From contig JAJRSJ010000021.1 in the NCBI GenBank assembly GCA_024278855.1, positions 4,181-68,180 on the forward strand: a stretch of DNA of 64,000 nt. The letters run 5' to 3'. Positions 20,360 to 30,342 of this stretch are shown one piece after another. Source of the stretch: Alphaproteobacteria bacterium (lineage in GTDB: Bacteria; Pseudomonadota; Alphaproteobacteria; Caulobacterales; Maricaulaceae). The notes beneath the pieces are model-generated. The model was not told the DNA's origin, made no database searches, and saw nothing but the letters and a program-made list of their open reading frames with translations. The translations under genes and the position numbers were made by a program. Position 1 is the first letter of the stretch; the number at the start of each line of letters is the position of its first letter.

Positions 20360-20914
20360 ATGGATTTTATCCCCGAAGGCAGTATGTGGCTTGTCTATCT
20401 GGCCCTGTTTATCGGGCCATTTGTGCAAGAAGATACCGCCGTAATCGGCGCGGCCCGTCTGTCTTTGTCCGCGTCCCACCCTTGGTTAGCCGTATATGTC
20501 GCCGTTTTAGCCGGGTTGATTACCAGTGATTCGTGGAAATACTGGCTCGGTTGGGCCGCTAAACATCACGGTTGGGCTAAAAAATTCGCCGAGCGCGAGC
20601 GCGTCACCAAAATGAAACACGCCGTTCTAAACAATGCCGTAAAAACCTTGGTCACGGTGCGCTTCCTGCCCATGGCCCGCATTCCCACATACTTGGCCAC
20701 CGGATTTTTCGGCGTGAATTATCTTAAATACTGGCTGTCCATAGCCTTTTCAGGTTTTTTATATGTGAGCGTCATTTTCACAGCCTTTCATTTGCTCGGC
20801 GAAGTCTTGGGCGAGCGGCTAAAATCCTACATACCATTTGTGGCGGTCGGTTGGGTGGTGACTTTGCTGGGCGTGCTGTTTTTACAAAAACGTTTTTGGC
20901 GAAAAACACAATAA
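20360..20914 (+). CDS. DedA/SNARE-associated family membrane protein
   Basis: MDFIPEGSMWLVYLALFIGPFVQEDTAVIGAA followed by multi-pass hydrophobic segments. The ORF-track start at 20234 is an unlikely extension. Confidence 0.65.
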   Translation: MDFIPEGSMWLVYLALFIGPFVQEDTAVIGAARLSLSASHPWLAVYVAVLAGLITSDSWKYWLGWAAKHHGWAKKFAERERVTKMKHAVLNNAVKTLVTVRFLPMARIPTYLATGFFGVNYLKYWLSIAFSGFLYVSVIFTAFHLLGEVLGERLKSYIPFVAVGWVVTLLGVLFLQKRFWRKTQ

Positions 20915-21126
20915 TCCGAAAATTCACTGCACTTTCCTTCCCCCGTAAAAATGGGGGAAGGAATTACACGCCAACCCCCTATACATCCTAGCCAAACCCG
21001 TATACCCTCCCCCTATGCAATTGATTATTCACATACCTTTAGCACAACATGTCTTGCGCCACTGGCTAACCGGGCACGCCTAGCACCTCTCTCTTTTTTT
21101 GCTTTAACAACAATTTGGAGAGACTT

Positions 21127-21873
21127 ATGGATAAGAAACATTATTTGGAAATACTACGCGGGGCCGGCAAGCTGGACTACGAAATTTATTTAAACACCGA
21201 GCAATTACTGGCTTGCCAAAAAGAACCGGACGAGCTTTGTAACCCCGACGAGCTGATGTTCATGATTGTACACCAGATCGAGGAATTGTGGATGAAGCTC
21301 ATGGCCACCACATTGCTTGAAATCAACGACGAAATGCTGGCAAGGCGCAGCTATAAAGTCCTGACACTGTTTAGGCGCGTCGAAATGTGCCAGGAAATGA
21401 TGACCCAGCAATTGCGTCTTTTGGAAACCATGTCACCAAAAGATTATCAGGAAATCCGGCTTTTGCTCGGCAACGGGTCGGGGCAGGAAAGCCCGGGGTT
21501 TCGGGTTTTGCTGAAAATGCCTGCGGATATTTGGGCGACATTTGCCAAAATATATCTGGAGGGCGGCACCAACAACCTTGAGCAGATTTATGACAGCGAA
21601 TACGACCACGGCGACGCTTATATGGTAGCGGAAGCTTTGGCCGAATTTGACGAACAGTTCCAGAAATTCCGCCATTCCCATATGCAGTTGATCTACCGCT
21701 CAATCGGCGTCAATGCCAATTCGCTCAAAGGCCGTTCGGTGGAAATTCTGCGAACCGGAATGCGGCAAAAATTCTTCCCGGACTTATGGCAAATCCGGGC
21801 CGATATGACCGACAGATGGGGCGGAACCTACGGCAAGACCCGCGACAAGCTAGACCCGAAAGCCAAACCATAA
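21127..21873 (+). CDS. kynA: tryptophan 2,3-dioxygenase
   Basis: LDYEIYLNTEQLLACQ...DELMFMIVHQIEELWMKL and GSGQESPGFR are typical of bacterial TDO. A GGAGAG RBS precedes the ATG at 21127. Confidence 0.8.
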   Translation: MDKKHYLEILRGAGKLDYEIYLNTEQLLACQKEPDELCNPDELMFMIVHQIEELWMKLMATTLLEINDEMLARRSYKVLTLFRRVEMCQEMMTQQLRLLETMSPKDYQEIRLLLGNGSGQESPGFRVLLKMPADIWATFAKIYLEGGTNNLEQIYDSEYDHGDAYMVAEALAEFDEQFQKFRHSHMQLIYRSIGVNANSLKGRSVEILRTGMRQKFFPDLWQIRADMTDRWGGTYGKTRDKLDPKAKP

Positions 21874-22967
21874 ATGCACAAGCACTACCACGTCCCGAAA
21901 ACCTATTTTCTCACCCACAGTGTCGGATGCTTGCCAAAGCAAACTAGCAGTGATGTGGCCAATAGCTTTTTGGGGCCGTGGCAGGCTTTAGGCGGCAATG
22001 CCTGGCCGGACTGGCTAGGTATCATTGATGATTTTCGCGCTAGTACTGGCGCAATTCTGGGCGTTGACGGGGACACGATCTGTCCCCAAATCAATGTCTC
22101 CAGCGCCTTGACTAAAATCATCTACGGCCTTCCCATCAATCCAAAACGCAATGTGATTTTACTCTCGGAACAAGACTTCCCGACCATAGGCTTTGCCCTC
22201 AAACAAGCCGAGCGGGCCGGGTATCAACTGAAATTTATCACCGGCGATATTACGGACGCGCAGGTCTGGGCCGATGCAATGGACAACACCGTCGCCGTCG
22301 CCCATATCACCCATGCCCTGTCCAACACCTCGCATCTGTTGCCAGTTGCCGACATCTGCAAAACCGCCAAAGCATCGGGCATCATCACCATCGTCGACAT
22401 CGCCCAATCGGTCGGCATTGTCCCCATACATATCCCCGACTGGCAAGCGGATTTTGTGATCGGCACCAGTGTCAAATTTATGTGCGGCGGGCCGGGGGCT
22501 TGTTTTATGTACGCCGCCCCGGACATCATACCGAATTGCCGTCCCGTAGATGTGGGCTGGTTCTCCCATGAAAACCCGTTTGAAATGGATATACACGATT
22601 TTCGCTACGCCGATGATGCCATGCGGTTTTTTGGCGGCACCCCCTCCCCGGCCCCCTTTGCCGCCGCTTTGTCGGCCCAAAAACTGCTCAATAAACCCGG
22701 TATTGCCGCCGCCCATGCACATGTGCAAGTCATATTGGACAAATTGATTACTGGTCTGGACGACAAGGTTTTGGTTTCGCCGCGCAGTGCTACCAAGCGC
22801 GGCGGCACATTGGTCATTGCACCCAAAACCGTCAGCAATTAACGAAAGCCCTGAACGCCGCCAATATTTTATTTGACGAACGCGCCGAAGGTTTCCGCTT
22901 TTCTTTTCATCACTACACAAGCAAACAAGATGTAATGACGCTCAATAACGTGTTAAGCGAATTGTAA
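21874..22967 (+). pseudogene. kynureninase-like class V PLP-dependent enzyme; C-terminal frame broken by a 1-nt deletion (possibly a sequencing artefact)
   Basis: The ATG directly follows the kynA stop. The protein has an aminotransferase class V-like core with the candidate PLP lysine in GTSVKFMCGGPG. The ORF stops at 22842, but adding one A in the A4 run 22825-22828 gives IAPKNRQQLTKALNAANILFDERAEGFRFSFHHYTSKQDVMTLNNVLSEL with a stop at 22965-22967. Confidence 0.65.
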
Positions 22968-23026
22968 ATACTGCTCGCTTTTGCGGCGCACCTCTATTAA
23001 GCATTAGGAAAACCTTTGGGGAAATT

Positions 23027-24271
23027 ATGGAAAAATATATTGGTATTTTAGGTGTCGTGGTTTTGCTTGCAATCGCTTACGGGTTTTCAAGCAACCGAAA
23101 ACATATTAACCCGCGCACTATATTTTCCGCACTTGCTTTGCAATTCGCTATTGCTTTGTTCGTGTTCAAAACGCCCTGGGGCAAAGTGGTTTTGGAAAAA
23201 GTCACCTTTTATATTGAGCATGTTCTCAATTATTCCATGAAAGGCATCGGGTTTATCTTTGGCGACTGGGCCAATAGCGGCAATGTTATGCTGAGTTTCG
23301 CCACCGTAGTTTTGCCGGTGATTATCTTTGTCGGTGCCTTGATGACCGTGTTGTTTCATTTGGGCATCATGCAACTCATCATGCGCGGGCTTGGCTTTGT
23401 GTTGCGTAAAACCATCGGCATTAACGGTATTGAAGCCATTGCCGCCAGTATGAATATTTTTGTTGGCCAGGATAGCGCCCCCTTTGCGGTGCGGCCTTAT
23501 CTGGAAACCATGCCGAGATCGACCTTGTTTTTGATTATGGTCACAGGCATGGCCACTATCGCCGGCTCTATTTTGGCCGGTTTAATGGCTTTGGGCGTTG
23601 ACGGGCAAAGCTTGATCGTCGCCAGTTTCATGGGCGCGCCGGGCGGTATTCTTATGGCCAAAATGCTGATGCCCAGCGACCCGGCGGACGCGGATACGAC
23701 ACCTGAAAACATCGACATTCAAACCACCAAACATTCCAATGTCATCGAAGCCGCTGCCGTGGGCGCGTCCGAAGGTGTCAAACTGGCCATCACCATTGGC
23801 GCCATGTTGATCGCCTTTATCTCGCTCATTGCGCTTCTCAACGGTATATTAGGCGGTGTTGGCGCTTGGTTCGGCTTTGACGGCTTGACCTTCCAAAGCC
23901 TGCTTGGGCAAATTTTCAGACCCTTGATGTTTGTCGTCGGTGTGCCGTGGGCCGAGGCCGGAATTTCCGGGACATTATTCGGCGAAAAACTGGTCCTAAA
24001 CGAATTTGTCGCTTACTCGACCTTCGTGGAAATGGACAAAACCGCCGTGTTGGAGACGGGCAAAGCCTTGCTGAGTGACCGGGCCAACAAAATCACTACA
24101 ATTGCCCTGTGCGGTTTCGCCAATTTCTCCTCCATAGCCATTGTCATTGGCGGGGTCGGCACATTGGCACCCGGACGCCGCAGTGAGTTAGCCTCATTTG
24201 GTCTGAAAGCCGTACTGGCCGCCTCAATGTCCAATCTACTAAGTGCAGCAATTGTCGGCTTGATGCTTTAG
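23027..24271 (+). CDS. NupC/NupG-family concentrative nucleoside transporter
   Basis: 414-aa polytopic membrane protein. The motifs NEFVAY and CGFANFSSIAIVIGG are typical of the CNT/NupC family. Confidence 0.8.
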   Translation: MEKYIGILGVVVLLAIAYGFSSNRKHINPRTIFSALALQFAIALFVFKTPWGKVVLEKVTFYIEHVLNYSMKGIGFIFGDWANSGNVMLSFATVVLPVIIFVGALMTVLFHLGIMQLIMRGLGFVLRKTIGINGIEAIAASMNIFVGQDSAPFAVRPYLETMPRSTLFLIMVTGMATIAGSILAGLMALGVDGQSLIVASFMGAPGGILMAKMLMPSDPADADTTPENIDIQTTKHSNVIEAAAVGASEGVKLAITIGAMLIAFISLIALLNGILGGVGAWFGFDGLTFQSLLGQIFRPLMFVVGVPWAEAGISGTLFGEKLVLNEFVAYSTFVEMDKTAVLETGKALLSDRANKITTIALCGFANFSSIAIVIGGVGTLAPGRRSELASFGLKAVLAASMSNLLSAAIVGLML

Positions 24272-24498
24272 GCTTAGAACCTAGGCCCAGAACCTAGGAT
24301 CAGGGCCTAACGCCTTTCCAAAAATTCACAAACCAGGCCTTTAATTATACACGCACCGTCCTATATGTAAGCTTCATGCCTTTATAGTGGACAGCTTTGG
24401 AGAATGTTTTGTCAAAAGATACATCAAAGACCATTAAAAAAACCGCCATCAAGAAGACGGCAAAGACCAAATTGAAAGCCGGTAAAACCACGGGCAAT

Positions 24499-25389
24499 AT
24501 GAGCCTGTCGGTTGCCCTGTCGCCGGAGCAGGGATTGTCGAGCTATCTTAACGAAATTCGCAAATTCCCCATGTTGGAGCGCGACGAGGAATTTATGTTG
24601 GCCAAACGCTGGGTCAAACACCAGGACAGCTCGGCGGCGGAAAAAATGGTAACATCGCATCTACGGCTCGTCGCCAAAATTGCTATGGGCTATAGGGGTT
24701 ACGGCCTCCCGATCGGCGAAGTGATTTCCGAAGGCAATGTCGGACTGATGCAGGCGGTTAAAAAATTCGATCCCGATAAAGGCTTTCGCCTCTCCACCTA
24801 TGCCATGTGGTGGATCCGCGCCGCTATTCAGGAATATGTTTTGCGGTCATGGTCTTTGGTCAAAATGGGCACCACGGCGGCCCAAAAGAAATTATTTTTC
24901 AATCTGCGCCGCATGAAAGGCGAAATGAAAGCCATTGATGACGGGGATTTGCACCCGGATCAGGTTAAAAAAATCGCCACACGTCTGAATGTCAAAGAGG
25001 CAGAAGTGGTCTCCATGAACCGCCGTATGGGCGGGGGCGGCGATGCGTCCCTCAATGTAAAAATTGGCGGCGAAGACGGCGGCGGGGAATGGCAAGATTG
25101 GCTGGAAGACGACAATTATATCAGCCAGGAAACAGTGGTCGGTAATTCCCAGGAACATGATGCACGCATGGAACTTCTGAAGGATGCTATGAAAGATTTG
25201 AACGCGCGTGAGCAGGACATTCTCACCCAACGCCGCCTGTCCGATAAACCAAAAACTCTGGAAGAATTAGCCGGCGTTTACAAAGTTTCCCGCGAGCGCA
25301 TCCGCCAAATTGAAGGCCGGGCGTTTGAAAAACTACAAGCCGCCATGCTCGCCGCCGCCCAAAGTGCAGGTCTGGCTGAAACGGGTTAA
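24499..25389 (+). CDS. rpoH: RNA polymerase sigma-32 factor RpoH
   Basis: Region 2 reads GNVGLMQAVKKFDPDKGFRLSTYAMWWIRAAIQEY, and the RpoH box reads AQKKLFFNLRRMK. The start is uncertain: ATG 24499 (MSLSV...) versus TTG 24397, which would add a Lys-rich extension. Confidence 0.88.
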   Translation: MSLSVALSPEQGLSSYLNEIRKFPMLERDEEFMLAKRWVKHQDSSAAEKMVTSHLRLVAKIAMGYRGYGLPIGEVISEGNVGLMQAVKKFDPDKGFRLSTYAMWWIRAAIQEYVLRSWSLVKMGTTAAQKKLFFNLRRMKGEMKAIDDGDLHPDQVKKIATRLNVKEAEVVSMNRRMGGGGDASLNVKIGGEDGGGEWQDWLEDDNYISQETVVGNSQEHDARMELLKDAMKDLNAREQDILTQRRLSDKPKTLEELAGVYKVSRERIRQIEGRAFEKLQAAMLAAAQSAGLAETG

Positions 25390-25394
25390 GCGGG

Positions 25395-28300
25395 TTAAGC
25401 GGGTTTGGGCTTTGCCTTTTTATTGGGGTTGGGTTTTGGTGTCGGGGTTAGCTCTTCCAATATAGCCTTCAGCCCTTCCGGGTTTTTGATGTTTAAATCC
25501 CTTTGCGGGAATGCGACCTCGATACCGCCGTCGCGCAAAGCCGCGTCCAAAGCCATATGAAGCTCATGGGAGACAATAAATCTCTGGGTAAAATCACGCA
25601 AGAAAGTCCGCAATTCGAAATCCAGCGTGCTATCACCAAAGCCCAAAAACAACACTCTCGGTTCGGGGTGCTCAAGCACATTCGGATTTTTCTTAATGGT
25701 CTCCAGCATGATACTGTGGGCTTTGTGCGTGTCCGATCCGTAAGCAATCCCGACCTTGATGATCAGGCGCGTGACCGGATTATCCAAAGTCCAATTGACG
25801 ACTTGCTGGCTGATCAACTCTTGGTTCGGGATTAAAATTTCCCTGTTATCTAAATCCAAAAGTGTGGTGGCCCGGATTTGGATACGGGTAACGGTACCGC
25901 TAATGTCGCCTATGGTGATATAATCGCCTATCCTGACCGGGCGTTCAAACAATATAATGAGACCTGAAATAAAATTCCCAAAAATTGCTTGCAAGCCGAA
26001 ACCGATACCAACACCGAGCGCCGCGACAACCCATTGTAACTGCGACCATTGTGTCCCCAATTTGTCAAAAGCCACCAACACCCCGATGATAAAAATTATA
26101 TAGCCAAGCACCGTGACAATAGCAAAACGGGAGCCTTGTGCCATTTTAAAGCGCTTGAGAACAAACATTTCCAAAAACCCCGGCAGGTTACGGGCCGCCA
26201 ACCATGTGATCAAACCAATACCGAGGGCCTGCATGACATTCCATAATGTGATCGAAATTTTTTGCATTCCGGCACCTGCGGACGCGTCCATATAAGACCA
26301 TAATTTCACCTGATCAAACACCGAAAGCGCCGGCAATATTTTGCCCCAAAGCGCCCATAGCACCACGATTGTCGCCACAAATACGACCACATCGACCAAT
26401 TGTTGGGATTGCCGGTTGATGGTTTCCAGATCAATACTGGCCGTGTCCAGTTTCGGAACCGGTATTTCGCCGCGCTCTTCGGCGGCCGCCTTGTCCATGC
26501 GTTCTTTTACGGCCCGGTCACGGCGCTCCCGGGCTTGCTCTAATGCCAGACGGCGCTGTGCAATCACGACCGACCGCCGCATGAGCCCGTGGATTAGATA
26601 GGCACCGAGCAAAGTACAAAATGTGGCAAAAAACCTCCCCATCAGCAAAAGTGCAGTTTCAAAATAACCAAGCGCGGCGACGATAGCCAAGCCTACGGGC
26701 ACGAAAACCGCCAAACCAAGTAGCCATCTTTCATTACGCAGGTAAAATCCTTCGGCTTGAATATTGCGCTTGATATAGCTTTTGGAGCGCGCCCGGGCTA
26801 TTTTAAATGAGAACCAACTCACACCAAAAGCGCCGAGCATAAATCCGAAAACGCCAAGAACTGCAATACCGGAATCAAACTCCAACCCGTCTCTAGTCAA
26901 ACTGACCAAAAACACACTCACCCCAATGATCGGTAATAAAGGGAGTGTGTAGGTTTCGAGCCGGGAGCGCAATTGTTTGTCGACCCGAAAATGCAGATCA
27001 AACAAGGCGCCCTTGGCGCTCCATGCCCGCAAGGATAAAAGCACAAAAACCGGAATTGCGGTCACAAAAAACGTCCGTTCCAAGGCCTGAACAAAACTGG
27101 AATTAGTTTCCGACATAGCAAAAACCATACCCAAGATTATGAGAACCCCGGTTGGAATTGCGGCACGAGACAGACCGTCAAACATGGCCAGAGGTGTTAA
27201 GCCAAACCCGTCTTTTTGCACCCGGCTAACCCGCGCGGACATATTGGCCATAATCGGCTTGAGCCGTTCGCCGAGCGCATAAAGCGCCGCCAGTAAACCT
27301 AAAGATAAAAACACCAAAAAATACACATTTTTCAACCCGCTAACAAAGGATCGCCCACTCGCCCCAAGGTTTGCCGCCGTAAAGGTTTGGCGAACCCCCT
27401 GCACCAGTTTTTTAGGCCATGCCAAACTAATGGTTTGCGTGCTTGGCAACCACAGCAATCGACTATCCAGTAATTGGCCCAAGTTTTTAACCTCGAACAA
27501 TAATTTATTGTGAAGGGCATTGACCTCCTCAAGTTTTCGCGCCCGCAAAGACGTAATCGCCGCCAATTCGCTTAAATGCCCGCGCCGGCTATCATAGGCC
27601 CGCTGCAAATGTTCAATATCGGTTTCGGTTAATGGTGGGCTTTCTGCATTCTCCATATCATAAACCTGCTTGAGGGCCTCAACATCCAATGAGCTTGCCA
27701 AAAATATCCCGAGAGCTTCCTGATTGGTAATTTTTTGAAACAGGACGTCTTGTAAATCAATTTCGCGGGCTTTTATGGCTTGTGCGATCAGGGCAATATT
27801 GGGCTGGTTCTTGCGCAATGACCGTAAATGTTCCCCGTAAGCTTGGCTAACTTTCTTGCTCCCCAAAATTTGATCCGTTACATTTTTGTCAAGCTGCACC
27901 TGTTGCAATTGGATGCCTATGCCTCTTTCCACATTCGGCAAATTACCCTCCGACAGGGCTATTTTGTAATTTCTGGCAGCCAGTTCGACATTCGCGTTTG
28001 CATAGTCCTGCACCAAAGCATGGTCTTCTAAAAACTCCTCGGCTTCATTTTTGGCATCTTCCAAACGCAAAAGAGCATCATCCGTGCGGGCCGAACCGGT
28101 GCGCGCACTCAGCGCCGATACCAGATCGCTTGATTGGGTAATCAACGCTGCCGTATAGCTGATCTGTTTATCCAAAATCGTCCGCCGCGCCCCGATGCTG
28201 GCAATTTCTTGCTCCAATGCCCGTTTTTTTTGCCTGTCCGCATAAAAACTGGCCCGGCTAAGGGCCAAGACGGCACTATCGAGCGGGGCCGGATTTTCGC

Positions 28301-28871
28301 TAGTTTGGTTTTTCAAAGTCGCGGCCCGCTCCGCAATGGCTTGATCCAAATTGGCGATTTCTGCCAATGCCTGGGCCGGGCGGCTGTCCAAGGTTTGTTG
28401 GTCTACATCATATTGGCTTCTCAGGCCGCGAAATGTCGAAAGTTTGGCTTGTTCAGCAACCAGACTTTGTTCCAGTTCCTGCACGCTTTTACCTTCATAC
28501 TCGCCCATCAATTTATCCCGGGAACGGCGCAAGGCTTTGCGCACATCTGTGGTTTCGTGTTCCAGATTATCTATGAGCTCGGGGGCGTTATCTTGTTGGT
28601 CTTTGAAGGTTTTGGCGCGGGCCTGATTGGCTTTTCCCTCAGCCAGTTTCGTGAGTGCCGTCTTGTACAGGTTTATAATTTGCTCTTTTTCCTCGGCGGC
28701 AATATCTACCGAATTTTCTACGGCTTTAATCCGGGCATTGATGTCGTTTTCGCTAAATGGTAATTGTATCGGGGCTTGTTGAGGTGTGGCTTGGCCAAAT
28801 GCGGGCGTAGATATCCAGGCACATGCCAACAGCATGGTCACAAAAATAACAATAAGCTTGCGTGCAAACAT
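25395..28871 (-). CDS. large MscS-family mechanosensitive channel (MscK/KefA-like)
   Basis: 1158 aa with a signal peptide, a long coiled-coil periplasmic domain, many TM helices, and a C-terminal MscS core (GNFISGLIILFERPVRIGDYITIG). Confidence 0.88.
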   Translation of the reverse strand: MFARKLIVIFVTMLLACAWISTPAFGQATPQQAPIQLPFSENDINARIKAVENSVDIAAEEKEQIINLYKTALTKLAEGKANQARAKTFKDQQDNAPELIDNLEHETTDVRKALRRSRDKLMGEYEGKSVQELEQSLVAEQAKLSTFRGLRSQYDVDQQTLDSRPAQALAEIANLDQAIAERAATLKNQTSENPAPLDSAVLALSRASFYADRQKKRALEQEIASIGARRTILDKQISYTAALITQSSDLVSALSARTGSARTDDALLRLEDAKNEAEEFLEDHALVQDYANANVELAARNYKIALSEGNLPNVERGIGIQLQQVQLDKNVTDQILGSKKVSQAYGEHLRSLRKNQPNIALIAQAIKAREIDLQDVLFQKITNQEALGIFLASSLDVEALKQVYDMENAESPPLTETDIEHLQRAYDSRRGHLSELAAITSLRARKLEEVNALHNKLLFEVKNLGQLLDSRLLWLPSTQTISLAWPKKLVQGVRQTFTAANLGASGRSFVSGLKNVYFLVFLSLGLLAALYALGERLKPIMANMSARVSRVQKDGFGLTPLAMFDGLSRAAIPTGVLIILGMVFAMSETNSSFVQALERTFFVTAIPVFVLLSLRAWSAKGALFDLHFRVDKQLRSRLETYTLPLLPIIGVSVFLVSLTRDGLEFDSGIAVLGVFGFMLGAFGVSWFSFKIARARSKSYIKRNIQAEGFYLRNERWLLGLAVFVPVGLAIVAALGYFETALLLMGRFFATFCTLLGAYLIHGLMRRSVVIAQRRLALEQARERRDRAVKERMDKAAAEERGEIPVPKLDTASIDLETINRQSQQLVDVVVFVATIVVLWALWGKILPALSVFDQVKLWSYMDASAGAGMQKISITLWNVMQALGIGLITWLAARNLPGFLEMFVLKRFKMAQGSRFAIVTVLGYIIFIIGVLVAFDKLGTQWSQLQWVVAALGVGIGFGLQAIFGNFISGLIILFERPVRIGDYITIGDISGTVTRIQIRATTLLDLDNREILIPNQELISQQVVNWTLDNPVTRLIIKVGIAYGSDTHKAHSIMLETIKKNPNVLEHPEPRVLFLGFGDSTLDFELRTFLRDFTQRFIVSHELHMALDAALRDGGIEVAFPQRDLNIKNPEGLKAILEELTPTPKPNPNKKAKPKPA

Positions 28872-29022
28872 TTAGCCCCTTTCTTTATTCATGCCTACAT
28901 TAACTAGGGATTGGTAAAATAATAGTGATTAAACGTAAATTTGCGTTTAAGCTGGTTTTCTCTTGGCAAAACTCATTCGAAGCCGCATATACACTTTTTT
29001 GCATATCAAACTGGAGCCTATC

Positions 29023-30198
29023 ATGAGACAAGCCGTTATCGTATCCACCGCCCGCACCCCCATTGGCAAAGCGTATAGAGGCGCGTTTAACGCCACCCCG
29101 TCCCCGACCATGACCGGACACTGTATTGACGCGGCGGTGAAACGCGCCGGACTTGAGGGCGGCGAAGTGGATGATGTGATTATCGGCTGTGCCATGCAAC
29201 AAGGTGTACAAGTGACCATTGGGCGAAATTCCGTTTTGGCCTCGTCCCTGCCCGTCACCGTCTCGGCCCAAAGCGTTGACCGTCAATGCTCCTCCGGCAT
29301 GATGGCTATTGGTATCGCCGCCAAGCAAATCATTTGCGACGGCCAACAGATCGCCATTGGCGGCGGTGTTGACAGTATCTCCATGGTTCAGACGGCGGAA
29401 ATGCGCTACGCCGTTGACCCAACCGTTCTTAAAAACCACCCCAACGCCTACATCCAAATGATCGACACGGCGGAACTTGTTGCCAAGAAATACGGCGTTA
29501 GTCGGGACGCCATGGACGAATACGCGGCCCAGAGCCAAAACCGCACCCACGCCGCCCAGGAAGCCGGAAAATTCGACGATGAAATTGTACCGCTCACGGC
29601 AACTATGAAAATTCAAAACAAAGAGACAGGCGAAATTTCCGAAGCGAAGTACACTCTGGACAAAGACCAGGGCAATAGACCCGGCACCACCGCCGAAGGC
29701 CTGTCCGGTCTCAAACCCGTGCGCGGGCCTGATTTCACCATCACCGCCGGTAATGCCAGCCAGCTTTCGGACGGTGCTTCGGTCAGCGTTCTGATGGAAG
29801 CCGGCGAAGCCGAAAAACGCGGACTGGAACCGCTCGGCATATATAGGGGCATGGCCGTCGCCGGACTAGAGCCAGAAGAAATGGGCATAGGCCCGGTGTT
29901 CGCTATCCCCAAATTGCTAGCCGCTAACGGGCTGAAAATGGACGATATCGATCTATGGGAGCTGAACGAAGCATTCGCCGTGCAGGTCATATACTGCCGC
30001 GATAAATTAGGCATCCCCAACGAAATCATGAACGTAAACGGCGGCGCCATAAGCATCGGCCACCCATATGGTATGAGCGGCGCAAGAATGGTCGCGCATA
30101 GCTTAATCGAAGGCAAAAGACGCGGCGCGAAATATGTTGTGTCAACAATGTGCGTAGGTGGTGGTATGGGGGCTGCAGGCTTGTTTGAGGTTGTTTAG
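29023..30198 (+). CDS. acetyl-CoA C-acyltransferase (thiolase)
   Basis: [22 protein letters not shown], active-site VDRQCSSGM, and C-terminal [19 protein letters not shown]...[15 protein letters not shown] lies upstream of the ATG at 29023. Confidence 0.93.
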   Translation: MRQAVIVSTARTPIGKAYRGAFNATPSPTMTGHCIDAAVKRAGLEGGEVDDVIIGCAMQQGVQVTIGRNSVLASSLPVTVSAQSVDRQCSSGMMAIGIAAKQIICDGQQIAIGGGVDSISMVQTAEMRYAVDPTVLKNHPNAYIQMIDTAELVAKKYGVSRDAMDEYAAQSQNRTHAAQEAGKFDDEIVPLTATMKIQNKETGEISEAKYTLDKDQGNRPGTTAEGLSGLKPVRGPDFTITAGNASQLSDGASVSVLMEAGEAEKRGLEPLGIYRGMAVAGLEPEEMGIGPVFAIPKLLAANGLKMDDIDLWELNEAFAVQVIYCRDKLGIPNEIMNVNGGAISIGHPYGMSGARMVAHSLIEGKRRGAKYVVSTMCVGGGMGAAGLFEVV

Positions 30199-30342
30199 AC
30201 CGTTTGGAAAATCTGATAACCATCTATTCCTCACGATATTCATGACTCTATTTTAATGGTGACAGCACTTAAATAATGTGTTTTAACGCTTATATAATAA
30301 ATATATGCGAATAAATTGCACAAACGGAGCTTAGGGAGCGCT

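Noticed and set aside
22159-22920. 253-aa minus-strand ORF opposite the kynureninase-like gene; similar cases occur at 7620-8390, 51150-51794 and 61607-62344
   Set aside because: All are antisense to well-supported genes, lack RBS and domains, and have Gly/Arg-rich composition typical of shadow ORFs.
28900-29616. 238-aa minus-strand ORF overlapping the thiolase gene
   Set aside because: This is an antisense shadow ORF (Gly/Val/Asn-rich nonsense). The thiolase frame carries all catalytic signatures.
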